A stretch of DNA of 64,000 bases from Lachnospiraceae bacterium (lineage in GTDB: Bacteria; Bacillota; Clostridia; Lachnospirales; Lachnospiraceae): positions 14,426 to 78,425 of the forward strand of contig JAZLJJ010000011.1 of assembly GCA_045597325.1 (NCBI GenBank), read 5' to 3'. The notes under the pieces were generated by a model, which saw nothing but the letters and a program-made list of their open reading frames with translations, had not been told where the DNA came from and searched no databases. This document shows positions 30,854 to 40,139 of the stretch, one piece after another (position 1 is the stretch's first letter; every line of letters starts with the position of its first letter). The translations under genes and the position numbers were made by a program.

Positions 30854-31822
30854 ATGAGTACCTATCAGGTAGCATTGCAAAAGCTTGTCGATAAGATGCA
30901 TTTGGTGAATCTGACACCGGAAATCGACATCAGCAAGATTATGATTACAAAGCCGGAAATCAACCGACCCGCGTTGCAGCTGGCCGGATTTTTCAGTGAT
31001 TTTGACAAAGACCGTATTCAGCTGATCGGAAACGTTGAGTACGCATATATGTATAAAAATGAGATGACCTCGGAGGAACGTCACAAATGCTTTTCACGAC
31101 TGATGGGCTACGGCGTGCCGTGTATCGTATTTTGCCGAAATCTGCAGGTCAGTGACGGAATGAGACGCCTCGCGATTGAGAAGGGCGTTCCGGTGTTCCA
31201 GAGCAGCATGGAGACGACGGCGCTGGTTGCGGAAGTCGTTCGCTGGCTGAAGGTGCAGCTGGCACCCCGCATTTCCATTCACGGAGTTCTGGTTGATGTA
31301 TTCGGCGAAGGTCTTCTGATTATGGGAGAAAGCGGAATCGGAAAGAGCGAGGCGGCGCTGGAACTGATTAAGCGCGGCCACCGTCTGGTATCCGATGACG
31401 TTGTGGAAATCAAGAAAGTCAGTGACGATACGCTGTTCGGCTCGGCGCCCGATGTAACCAAGCATCTGATTGAGCTTCGCGGAATCGGAATCATCGATGT
31501 CAAGACGCTGTACGGCGTACAGAGTGTCAAGGAAACGCAGACCATTGACCTGGTTGTTCAGCTGGAGGAGTGGGACCGCGAGAAGGAATACGACCGCATG
31601 GGCCTGGAAGAGCATTACACCGAATTCCTCGGCAACAAGGTTGTCTGCAATAACATCCCGATTCGTCCGGGTCGAAATCTGGCCATCATTTGTGAAACGG
31701 CGGCAATCAATTACCGTCAGAAGAAGATGGGCTACAATGCGGTTTTGGAATTGCAGAAGCGCGTTATGCAGAACATGATGAAGTATCAGGAAGAACATGA
31801 AAATGAGGCTCCTCAGCAGTAA
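30854..31822 (+). CDS. hprK: HPr kinase/phosphorylase
   Basis: Walker A GESGIGKSE and LIELRGIGIIDV signature. GGAGG RBS before ATG 30854. Confidence 0.93.
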   Translation: MSTYQVALQKLVDKMHLVNLTPEIDISKIMITKPEINRPALQLAGFFSDFDKDRIQLIGNVEYAYMYKNEMTSEERHKCFSRLMGYGVPCIVFCRNLQVSDGMRRLAIEKGVPVFQSSMETTALVAEVVRWLKVQLAPRISIHGVLVDVFGEGLLIMGESGIGKSEAALELIKRGHRLVSDDVVEIKKVSDDTLFGSAPDVTKHLIELRGIGIIDVKTLYGVQSVKETQTIDLVVQLEEWDREKEYDRMGLEEHYTEFLGNKVVCNNIPIRPGRNLAIICETAAINYRQKKMGYNAVLELQKRVMQNMMKYQEEHENEAPQQ

Positions 31823-31848
31823 TGCCGAAGGACGAAACGGAGGAACAT

Positions 31849-32787
31849 ATGCAGTATTGCTTTGGAATCGATGTCGGCGGAACGACTATCAAGTGCGGTC
31901 TGTTCAATAGCATCGGAGAAGTTTTGGATAAATGGGAAATTCCGACAGACAGAGATGCCGACGGAGTCAAAATCCCCGGCGACATTGCCGCTTCCATTCA
32001 GCTTAAAATGGCGGAAAAGAACCTGACCGGGGAACAGCTGAGCGGTGTCGGAATCGGAGTTCCCGGCCCGGTATTGGACGACGGAACGGTTCTTTTGTGC
32101 CCGAATCTCGGATGGAAGAAACTCAACATTCGCACTATTATGGAGCAGATGCTTGGGGTGCCGGTTCGCGTCGGAAATGATGCCAACGTGGCGGCTCTCG
32201 GAGAACAGTGGAAGGGCGGCGGACGCGGCTTTTCCGATATGATGATGGTAACGCTCGGAACCGGTGTCGGCGGCGGTCTGATTTTAAATAAGAAAATTGT
32301 TTGCGGAAGCAACGGTGCGGCGGCGGAGCTGGGTCATATCATCGTCAATTCCGAGGAAACGGATTGCTGCGGTTGCGGCGGTCACGGTCATTTGGAACAA
32401 TACGCATCGGCAACGGGAATTGTACGGATGGCGAAGAAGAAACTCGCTTCCGAGTCGGTCATTTCCACATTGCACGGGTATGAGAATCTGACGGCAAAGG
32501 ACATTTTCGATGAGGCGAAAAAGGGTGATTCGGTTGCTCTGGAGCTGGTCGATATGCTCGGCAAATATCTGGCAATGGCGTTGTCCCACGTGGCTGCGGT
32601 TGTCGATCCGGTAGCGTTTGTTATCGGCGGCGGAGTCAGCAGAGCGGGAAGTATTTTGATTGATGCGATTGAGCGTCATTACAATGAGAATCTGATGGAA
32701 ATGCTGAAGGGTAAAGTGTTCCGGCTGGCGGAACTCGGCAACGATGCCGGCATTTTCGGTGCGGCCAGAATGGTTCTCGGAGAATAA
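31849..32787 (+). CDS. glk: ROK-family glucokinase
   Basis: GIDVGGTTIK, ROK zinc motif CGCGGHGHLEQY, GGGV... Confidence 0.88.
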   Translation: MQYCFGIDVGGTTIKCGLFNSIGEVLDKWEIPTDRDADGVKIPGDIAASIQLKMAEKNLTGEQLSGVGIGVPGPVLDDGTVLLCPNLGWKKLNIRTIMEQMLGVPVRVGNDANVAALGEQWKGGGRGFSDMMMVTLGTGVGGGLILNKKIVCGSNGAAAELGHIIVNSEETDCCGCGGHGHLEQYASATGIVRMAKKKLASESVISTLHGYENLTAKDIFDEAKKGDSVALELVDMLGKYLAMALSHVAAVVDPVAFVIGGGVSRAGSILIDAIERHYNENLMEMLKGKVFRLAELGNDAGIFGAARMVLGE

Positions 32788-32799
32788 ACGGGCGGGAAT

Positions 32800-32908
32800 C
32801 CGAACGGAAGTCGGAACCGGCCGAACAGGCAGAAGTCGGAACCGGCCGAACAGGCAAAAGTCGGAACCGGCTGAACAGACGGAAGTCGGAACCGGCCGAA
32901 CAGGCAAA
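32800..32908. repeat. tandem repeat, 25 bp x 4, between the glk stop and the murB RBS
   Basis: GAAGTCGGAACCGG(C/T)(C/T)GAACAG(G/A)C recurs with starts at 32807, 32832, 32857 and 32882. Confidence 0.9.
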
Positions 32909-32928
32909 AAAAGAAAACAGGAGCGGTC

Positions 32929-33852
32929 ATGATGACAAACGAGCAAAAGCGACAACTGGAAATGCTGTACAGCACACAGGGCGTGTGCCGGTTTGAGGAA
33001 CCGATGGCGGAACATACGACGTTTCGTATCGGCGGACCGGCCGAGATCTGGCTTGTGCCGGACTCGGTGGAGCAGCTGCAGAAGACCGTGACCTTTTTGA
33101 AACAGGAAGGAATCCGTATGCAGATTCTCGGAAACGGAAGCAATGTCCTTGTTTCCGACGAGGGAGTTCGCGGAGCGGTTATCCGGATGGAAGACCGTCG
33201 GAGCAAAGTACTGTATGATACTGACGGAGAGGTGACAATGGCGACCGCACCGGCGGGGATGTCGCTGTCCGCCTTTGCCCGGGAAGTATGTGACAAAGGA
33301 TATGCGGAAATGGAATATGCGACGGGAATTCCGGGAAGCGTCGGCGGTGCGATTGTTATGAATGCCGGGGCATACGAAGGGGAAATCCGAAATCAGCTGC
33401 AGTCGGCCAAAGTTCTGACGGAAGACGGCGAGATTGTAAATCTGACCGCAGAGGATTTGAAACTGTCGTACCGATACAGCATCATTCCGGAGAAGCGGTA
33501 TCTGGTGCTGAGCGGAACATTTGCCCTGAAACCGGGAAATCGGGACGAAATCCGTGCCAAGGTGCTGGATTTGGCAACGAGGCGCAGGGAGAAGCAGCCG
33601 TTGGAATACCCCAGCGCAGGCAGTACATTTAAGCGGCCGGAAGGAAATTATGCAGGGAAGCTGATTCAGGAGTCCGGTTTGCGGGGATATCGTGTCGGGG
33701 ATGCCATGGTGTCCGAAAAGCATTGCGGTTTTGTCATTAATGCGGGTGCCGCGACGGCATCGGAGGTAAAACAGTTGATTGCCGATGTGCAGCGCATCGT
33801 ACAGGAGAAGACCGGCATTTTGCTGGAGCCGGAAGTGAAATTTCTGGAATAA
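32929..33852 (+). CDS. murB: UDP-N-acetylenolpyruvoylglucosamine reductase
   Basis: TFRIGGPAE, GNGSNVLV, PSAGSTFKRP, VSEKHCGFVIN. Confidence 0.93.
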   Translation: MMTNEQKRQLEMLYSTQGVCRFEEPMAEHTTFRIGGPAEIWLVPDSVEQLQKTVTFLKQEGIRMQILGNGSNVLVSDEGVRGAVIRMEDRRSKVLYDTDGEVTMATAPAGMSLSAFAREVCDKGYAEMEYATGIPGSVGGAIVMNAGAYEGEIRNQLQSAKVLTEDGEIVNLTAEDLKLSYRYSIIPEKRYLVLSGTFALKPGNRDEIRAKVLDLATRRREKQPLEYPSAGSTFKRPEGNYAGKLIQESGLRGYRVGDAMVSEKHCGFVINAGAATASEVKQLIADVQRIVQEKTGILLEPEVKFLE

Positions 33853-33871
33853 TGTGTGAGGACGGAAATCG

Positions 33872-34831
33872 ATGTCATTTGTAAATGATGTAAAAGCGGA
33901 ATTGGAGGACAGGATTCCATCGCAGGAGCATTGCCGGCTGAGTGAGCTGGCAGGGATGCTTTTGTATGGCGGAAACGTCGGAAAAAACGGGAAAGAAGAG
34001 CTTTATTTGGTATTTTCTGCCGAAAAAGAAAATATTGCGAAAAAATGCTTTACATTTCTGAAAAAGTCCTTTAATATGAACAATAGTGTGACAGAAAGCA
34101 TGGTAAAGGCCGGACGAAAGACGAATTATCAGATTCGAATCGAAGGAACGGACGATGTGAAGAAAGTCACGGAAAAAGCCGGATTTGTATGGCCGTCAAA
34201 GTGTGATGAGGCGGTTACGGCACTGTCGGAATGGGAATGGAGATGTCCCGAACACGACGGTTGCATCAGAAGTTTTGTCAGAGGGTTATTTCTGATGAGC
34301 GGGATGATGAATAATCCGGAAAAATCGTATCATTATGAAATTACCGTACCGAACGAGGCCGTGGGAGGCTATCTGAAACAGGCACTGGAAAAGTTTGGCT
34401 GCGAACCGAAATTATGGGAGAGGCGAGGGTCACTGGTCGTCTATATGAAGGATGCATCGCAGATTGCGGATGCGTTGACGATTATGGAAGCGACGAAAGC
34501 AAGAGTGCATTTTGAAGATATTCGTGTGGTACGAAGCAAGCGTGGAGAGATACAGAGGCAGGTCAATTGCGAGATTCATAATTTGGCAAAAACCTCCGAA
34601 GCGTCTCGAAAGCAGATAGAAGATATCAGAACTATTCAGGAAACCATAGGACTTGGTGCATTACCTGAAGAGTTGGAGAAGATGGCACGTGTTCGGATAC
34701 AGTTTCCGGAGGCGTCGTTGCAGGAATTGGGAGCACATATGGTACCGCCGCTCGGCAGGTCCGGAGTGAACCATCGTTTGCAGAAACTATGCAGTATTGC
34801 AGAGGGAATACGGTTGAAAGAAGGAGGTTGA
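33872..34831 (+). CDS. whiA: DNA-binding protein WhiA
   Basis: N-terminus MSFVNDVKAELE, LAGLIDADG-like middle region, C-terminal HTH ...RSGVNHRLQKL. The gene order followed by a crh-like gene matches the Bacillus yvc operon. Confidence 0.88.
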   Translation: MSFVNDVKAELEDRIPSQEHCRLSELAGMLLYGGNVGKNGKEELYLVFSAEKENIAKKCFTFLKKSFNMNNSVTESMVKAGRKTNYQIRIEGTDDVKKVTEKAGFVWPSKCDEAVTALSEWEWRCPEHDGCIRSFVRGLFLMSGMMNNPEKSYHYEITVPNEAVGGYLKQALEKFGCEPKLWERRGSLVVYMKDASQIADALTIMEATKARVHFEDIRVVRSKRGEIQRQVNCEIHNLAKTSEASRKQIEDIRTIQETIGLGALPEELEKMARVRIQFPEASLQELGAHMVPPLGRSGVNHRLQKLCSIAEGIRLKEGG

Positions 34832-34835
34832 GTCA

Positions 34836-35093
34836 ATGATTTCAAAAGACATGACAGTTAACATTCCCAATGGCCTTGGTGGGAGACCGGTTGCCTTACT
34901 GGTACAGGTGGCAAGTCGTTACGACAGCAGCGTTTATGTTCAGTGCGACAATAAGAAAGTTAATGCAAAGAGCATCATGGGTATGATGAGTCTTGCCCTT
35001 CCGACCGGTGCAGTGGTTACCGTTACGGTGAACGGAGCGGATGAAGAGGCTGCGATGAAGGATATTGAAGCATATCTGAGTGGGGAGCAGTAA
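34836..35093 (+). CDS. crh: HPr-family phosphocarrier paralog lacking His15 (Crh-like)
   Basis: 85 aa. NGLGGRPVA replaces the HPr motif GLHARPA (His15 becomes Gly). The Ser46 region KVNAKSIMGMMSL is retained. Confidence 0.85.
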   Translation: MISKDMTVNIPNGLGGRPVALLVQVASRYDSSVYVQCDNKKVNAKSIMGMMSLALPTGAVVTVTVNGADEEAAMKDIEAYLSGEQ

Positions 35094-35149
35094 AGAAGAC
35101 AGCACAAATTGAGTGCATAAGTAAGAAAACAGGCTGCATTGCAGCAATG

Positions 35150-35193
35150 AGAAGTCCTTCGGGTCACCTCCGGGTGATTCGGAGGGCTTTTTT
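35150..35193 (+). terminator. rho-independent terminator after crh
   Basis: CCTCCG-GGTGATT-CGGAGG inside a longer GC-rich hairpin, followed by CTTTTTT. Confidence 0.65.
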
Positions 35194-35370
35194 ATCTCAT
35201 AGGAAAGCTCGTCCTATGAGATAAAAAAACGCTCCGCGAGGATGCACACGTCTGTGCAGAGGAAAAATGTCGCTTCGCGACGCACAGGCGGCGCGAGCAT
35301 ATCGCAAGCGATATGCTTTGTTCTGTCATAGGAAAGTTCGTCCTATGAGATAAAAAAACATTCCGCGAGG
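35194..35370 (+). repeat. structured ~130-nt intergenic element, copy 4, plus a second partial unit (hairpin + A-run + CATTCCGCGAGG)
   Basis: A full unit is followed by TGTCATAGGAAAGTTCGTCCTATGAGATAAAAAAACATTCCGCGAGG. Confidence 0.95.
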
Positions 35371-35479
35371 AATAAAAGAACACCTTCAATAGAAGAATTT
35401 GGTCTTGTCAAATGAGCTATATTTGTGTTACATTGTTTTTGTTTCTTCAACACGTAGTGAAACGGAAGGGGAAAAGATA

Positions 35480-37693
35480 ATGAATCAAAAAACAGTAAAA
35501 AAATGGATGTGCTTACTCAGTGTGCTGTGTTGTCTGATGCTCGGTAACCGGACGACAGGGACGGCTTTGGCAGAGGCTGAAGTACCGGATACCGTAACAG
35601 CAGAGGTGGCAGCGAAAGAAACTACGGAAACAGCGAAAGAGACTACGGATGCGGAGCCGGTGGCAGCAGTGGATGAATCATTTGCAGAAACCACAGAGGC
35701 CACCAATATTGCAAGCGGTACCGGCTGGTATTTGGATCGTGCCGGATGCCTGCATCTTACAGGAAAAATAGAAGAAATTGGCTGGAAAGATTACAAATCG
35801 AATATTATAACAGTTATCGCTGAGACGGGTTCATCACTCGGACAGGATGGAAGAAAAGTGTTTATGGATTGTAATAATCTCGTATCTGCTGACTTAAGTA
35901 AGTTGGATACGTCGAATGTACTTGATATGTCCGATATGTTTAACGGATGTTATTCGTTAACAACATTGGATGTCAGTACATGGGATACGTCGCATGTGGC
36001 ACATTTCATTCGTATGTTTTACGACTGTACAGTATTAACGACATTGGATGTCAGTGAGTGGGATATGTCGGGCGCGATATTTATTGATGACATGTTTGGG
36101 GAGTGTCGTGCATTAACAACCTTGGATGTCAGTAAGTGGCGTACACCGCATTTATACAGCGCGACATATACGTTTTTTCGTTGTAGAAAATTAACGACCC
36201 TGGATGTCAGCAATTGGGATACATCGAACGTGACGGATATGAGCGGAATATTTGATGGTTGCGAGGCAGTGAAGGAATTGGATGTCAGCAAGTGGGATAC
36301 GTCAAACGTGACGAGAATGGGCAAAATGTTTATGTGCTGTTATTCCGTAACGGAATTGGACGTCAGCAAGTGGAATGTATCAAACGTGACGAGTATGCAG
36401 AACATGTTCAATGAGTGCTCGGCTTTATCGGAATTGGATGTCAGCAAGTGGAATGTATCAAACGTGACCAATATGAGCAACATGTTTAAGCGTTGCAGTT
36501 CGTTGACGGCACCGGCTGTCAGCAATTGGGACATGTCAAGCGTGACAGATATGGATTACATGTTTTCATATTGCAGTTCATTAACTACACTGGATCTCAG
36601 CGGGTGGGATATCTCGAAAGTGAAAAGACTGGATGACTTTGTTTGGGAGAGTAATTCGCTTCATACGATTATTTGGCCCAAACAGGTAAAGGATGATCTT
36701 AGGCTGAAATGGCTGGCAGAGGAATTGCTCGAGTATTGCCCTGTATGGTGTGATTCCAAAACGGGGAAGATGTATTCTGATGAGAAGGTAATGCAGAAAT
36801 TATCCGGTTCGGTGACACTTGTTGTCCATGGCATTGATATCCGGATAAGTAATGGTTGGGAGGGAGTTATCCTTAAGTGGACTCCGGTAGCAGGCAGCCC
36901 GGTAACGGTCTTTCGTAAGGAAGCCGATATTTATCGAAATTCATCCGACGATTTGAGTGGTCTGGATTACACTAGGTATAATGGCAAGTGGACGAAAATG
37001 GCAACCACGACGGAAGGGGTGTATTATGACAAAGAGGTAACAAACGCAAAAGGATATGATTATATTGTGTTGCGAAACAATGCGACAACGCCGCGGTCGA
37101 TACCTCTGAATATATGCCGTTATGTTCAGCCTCCGACGATAGAGTCAGTGACCAATGTGGCCGGCGGAGTGAAGGTGAGCTGGTCGTCTGAGAGCTATAG
37201 GCCGGACGGATTCTTCGTGTATCGCAAAGACACTCAGAACGGTACGTGGCACATGATTGGCTCTACCCAAAAGAATCTGACCTATACGGATACAACCGTG
37301 GAAAACGGAGTAGTATACTATTATGCCGTGAAAGAATTCTATAAAGAGACGAAAACGTACCGAAGCTACAGTGCTTCCAGTTCCGCAAAGAATACAGTTT
37401 ATGCGAAGAATGTATTTATTTCCGCGATTTCCAATCCGCGTCCCGGTGATTTCACGGTGGTTCATTCCGTAAACGACAAGGCAACCGGATACCAGATTGC
37501 ATACAGTACCAATTCCAATATGAGCGGCTCCAAGTACGTGACTCAGGCGGGAGGAAACTATACAACCATTAAGGCAACCGGACTGACAAAGGGCAAGACA
37601 TATTATGTCATGGTACGCCCGTATAAGACCGTCGCCGGTTACACCTTCTACGGTGCATGGAGTGCCAAGAAGGTGGTTACCGTTACGAAGTAA
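35480..37693 (+). CDS. secreted surface protein: DUF285/BspA-type leucine-rich repeats + FN3-like repeats
   Basis: Signal peptide MNQKTVKKWMCLLSVLCCLM...ALAEA. About 10 copies of a 25-aa repeat L..LDVS.WDTSNVT.M..MF..C (about 35900-36640). C-terminal modules such as GVKVSWS...G(Y/F).VYRKDT..GTW..IG....LTYTDTTVENGVVYYYAVKA are FN3-like. Confidence 0.8.
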   Translation: MNQKTVKKWMCLLSVLCCLMLGNRTTGTALAEAEVPDTVTAEVAAKETTETAKETTDAEPVAAVDESFAETTEATNIASGTGWYLDRAGCLHLTGKIEEIGWKDYKSNIITVIAETGSSLGQDGRKVFMDCNNLVSADLSKLDTSNVLDMSDMFNGCYSLTTLDVSTWDTSHVAHFIRMFYDCTVLTTLDVSEWDMSGAIFIDDMFGECRALTTLDVSKWRTPHLYSATYTFFRCRKLTTLDVSNWDTSNVTDMSGIFDGCEAVKELDVSKWDTSNVTRMGKMFMCCYSVTELDVSKWNVSNVTSMQNMFNECSALSELDVSKWNVSNVTNMSNMFKRCSSLTAPAVSNWDMSSVTDMDYMFSYCSSLTTLDLSGWDISKVKRLDDFVWESNSLHTIIWPKQVKDDLRLKWLAEELLEYCPVWCDSKTGKMYSDEKVMQKLSGSVTLVVHGIDIRISNGWEGVILKWTPVAGSPVTVFRKEADIYRNSSDDLSGLDYTRYNGKWTKMATTTEGVYYDKEVTNAKGYDYIVLRNNATTPRSIPLNICRYVQPPTIESVTNVAGGVKVSWSSESYRPDGFFVYRKDTQNGTWHMIGSTQKNLTYTDTTVENGVVYYYAVKEFYKETKTYRSYSASSSAKNTVYAKNVFISAISNPRPGDFTVVHSVNDKATGYQIAYSTNSNMSGSKYVTQAGGNYTTIKATGLTKGKTYYVMVRPYKTVAGYTFYGAWSAKKVVTVTK

Positions 37694-37793
37694 ACGCGGC
37701 GCCCGGAGTGCAGCGAAGCCGATTGCATTGACGAAATAAACAGCGTCCTGAGTGCAGCAAAAACGATTACATTGACGAAATAAATGCTGCATA
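37660..37793. repeat. tandem repeat, 44-46 bp x 3, re-iterating the last 11 codons plus the stop of the surface-protein gene
   Basis: Unit starts (GAGTGC) at 37660, 37706 and 37750. The units translate as WSAKKVVTVTK*, SAAKPIALTK* and SAAKTITLTK*. Confidence 0.9.
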
Positions 37794-37849
37794 CAGTGAA
37801 TTTTGCAACCGGAACAGAGCGAAATACAGTTATATTTTTGAGGAGGCAG

Positions 37850-38521
37850 ATGATGTTAACAATTGAAGAGTTCTATTGGGCAATGGGAATTATTATAGGG
37901 GTTACGGCATTGGTTTGTGCGGTGTATTGCGGTATTTATTTTATTTGGGGAAAGAAGCATTTCCGCCGTGCGTATCCGTCAAGAGTCTGCTGCATAGTGC
38001 TGATTTTGGCATTGGCAGCGTCGAGTTTATTTGGCATCGACCAAATGACCAAACGGGTAGAGTACAGAAAGAAGCACTACACCTCGGTCAATAATTCCAA
38101 ACACTATTGCCTTGGTGTGAGCGGTGAGAGCGAGGATGTATATAGCGAGGGAAATGATTGGCTGCAGAGAATGGAACAGGATAAAAATGCAGTTCAGGAA
38201 ATCACTTCCTTCGAGAGCGATTCGGTGCAAATGACGGCTTACATCTTAAAATCGAGAGAAACTTATCAGGCGAAGGTTTTCCTCAAGGTGGAACCTCTCG
38301 GTGAAACAGAGTATTTTGATAATTTCGGACTCGTATGGTTTGAAAACAAGGAAGAGATTGCCAATTCGGGAATCATTGGACCCCTGCCGCCGGAAGAGTC
38401 CCGTTTCCTTGTCAAAATAGACTGTTCGGAAGCGATTACCTCGCTTCATTTTGATATTGATTGCTATGATGAAACCGGCGCGAAAAAGCATGAAGCATTT
38501 GTACTTGATCTTTCAAAATGA
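37850..38521 (+). CDS. hypothetical membrane-anchored protein
   Basis: AGGAGG RBS, ATGATG start, 1-2 N-terminal TM helices, no recognisable domain. Confidence 0.55.
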   Translation: MMLTIEEFYWAMGIIIGVTALVCAVYCGIYFIWGKKHFRRAYPSRVCCIVLILALAASSLFGIDQMTKRVEYRKKHYTSVNNSKHYCLGVSGESEDVYSEGNDWLQRMEQDKNAVQEITSFESDSVQMTAYILKSRETYQAKVFLKVEPLGETEYFDNFGLVWFENKEEIANSGIIGPLPPEESRFLVKIDCSEAITSLHFDIDCYDETGAKKHEAFVLDLSK

Positions 38522-38593
38522 TTTTGTAGTCTTGCAAAGGTAGTCGGTGTGTGATGTTCTACTGTTGTGCGCATAAAGAAAAGGAGTGCCATC

Positions 38594-39289
38594 ATGAGAG
38601 TATCGGTATGTGATGATTTGATAGAGGCTATCGAGGACTTGAAAGAGAAACTGTCGCATTTCCAGGAAATTACGGCCATTGATACGTATTCGGATTTGGA
38701 TGTTTTTGCAAAGAGCATTGGGAAAATTGAATACGACATTTGTTTCATGGATATTGACTGGGGAAAAGAGAAAATGCTTGGAATTGATTTCGCCGAGCGG
38801 CTGAAGGGGTGTTCCATCATTTTCGTGACGGCGTATCCGATGGAATTTGCCGAGAAAATATTTGGTAAAGATTATACGCCGAGCGGCTTCCTGATTAAGC
38901 CGGCGAAGGAAGAACAGATTGCGATTCTGCTCGGGAAGGTTCTGCGGGAACGTCGGATGAAGATGAAAACCGTTTCGTTTTCCATCAATGGCAAATGCCG
39001 GGTGACGAAGTTTGAGGACATCGTTTTTCTGGAGGGAGTTCTGCACAAAACAAAAGTGCATCTCAGTGACCGGAAGGAACTGGTTGTAAATAAATCATTG
39101 TCGGAGCTGTCGGAGTCGATGCCGGAGTATTTTCTGAGGTGCCACAAAAGCTTTGTGGTCAATCCGTTGTACGTCGAGACTTTGAAAGCGGACAAGGTGA
39201 CGCTGAAGACGTCCGAGGCGATTTCCGTCAGTCGGGCGAGGCGGGCGGACACGAAGGCACAGTTTCTGGATTATTTGGCAAATCATTAA
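38594..39289 (+). CDS. LytTR-family response regulator
   Basis: Receiver MRVSVCDD...ICFMDIDW...FVTAY and a C-terminal LytTR domain ...IVFLEGVLHKTKVHL...FLRCHKSFVVN. AAGGAG RBS. Confidence 0.85.
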   Translation: MRVSVCDDLIEAIEDLKEKLSHFQEITAIDTYSDLDVFAKSIGKIEYDICFMDIDWGKEKMLGIDFAERLKGCSIIFVTAYPMEFAEKIFGKDYTPSGFLIKPAKEEQIAILLGKVLRERRMKMKTVSFSINGKCRVTKFEDIVFLEGVLHKTKVHLSDRKELVVNKSLSELSESMPEYFLRCHKSFVVNPLYVETLKADKVTLKTSEAISVSRARRADTKAQFLDYLANH

Positions 39290-39311
39290 CGGGATGTGAA
39301 GGGAGAATAGG

Positions 39312-40139
39312 ATGAAGAGGTACTGGTGGTTATTTGTGCTGTTTCCGATCAGCCAGTTTTTTCTGATAATCAATGCGTATCAGACAGTCGGGCATTTGGA
39401 CAGAAGGGGCATACTGGGGCTGATTCTGGCGCCGATTGCGGATGTGCTGGTGCTGTTCCTCATTTTGAGTTCGCAGCGTAAGGAGAAGGTGGAATACGAG
39501 CTTCAGAAGGTTCAGATGCTGCGGGAAGCGGAGGCACGTCGAAATGAAAATCTGGAACGCAGCCAGAAGGCGTTTCTGGAACTGAAAGAATCGCTGGCGT
39601 CGGAATTTGAACGGGTGAAAGAATCCATGAAGAATTCGGATGACAACGGTGAGAGCGACTGGAAACATTTTGAGGATGTCCTGGAATCCACGCGACATAC
39701 ATTTTATACGGAAAATGTCATTGCCAACGCGATTTTGTCGGAAAAACAGAAGCAGTGCAGGCAGGAACTTCAGACGGAGATTGAGATTTCCGCATCGCTG
39801 TCCCGGCATGTTTCCTTTGATCCGATGCAGTTGTGCAGCCTGTATGCAAATTTGATTGATAATGCGATGGAAGCAATTGCCGAGCTTGAGCCGGAGAAAC
39901 GGTTTATCCGGCTGGAGACCGGCTACAACGCCGGAAATATGTGGATTCGTGTCAGTAACCCGGCCGATGAGAGTCATGTCGTGAGAACGCGTCGGGAAGG
40001 ACACGGATACGGAAGGAATATTTTGGAATCGATTGCCAATCAGCACAACGGCGTGTACAAGGCGGAATACAAGAACGGAATATACGAAGCATCTGTGATG
40101 GTTGAAGCAGAGGAAACGGGGGCCACACGTGATATTTAA
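39312..40139 (+). CDS. GHKL ATPase-domain protein of the AgrC/LytTR-associated kinase type: 2 TM + coiled coil + ATPase, no recognisable phospho-acceptor H-box
   Basis: C-terminal YTENVIANAILSEKQ...LYANLIDNAMEA...EGHGYGRNILESI (N and G boxes). The position where relatives carry RHDxxNH reads FLELKESL. Confidence 0.7.
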   Translation: MKRYWWLFVLFPISQFFLIINAYQTVGHLDRRGILGLILAPIADVLVLFLILSSQRKEKVEYELQKVQMLREAEARRNENLERSQKAFLELKESLASEFERVKESMKNSDDNGESDWKHFEDVLESTRHTFYTENVIANAILSEKQKQCRQELQTEIEISASLSRHVSFDPMQLCSLYANLIDNAMEAIAELEPEKRFIRLETGYNAGNMWIRVSNPADESHVVRTRREGHGYGRNILESIANQHNGVYKAEYKNGIYEASVMVEAEETGATRDI

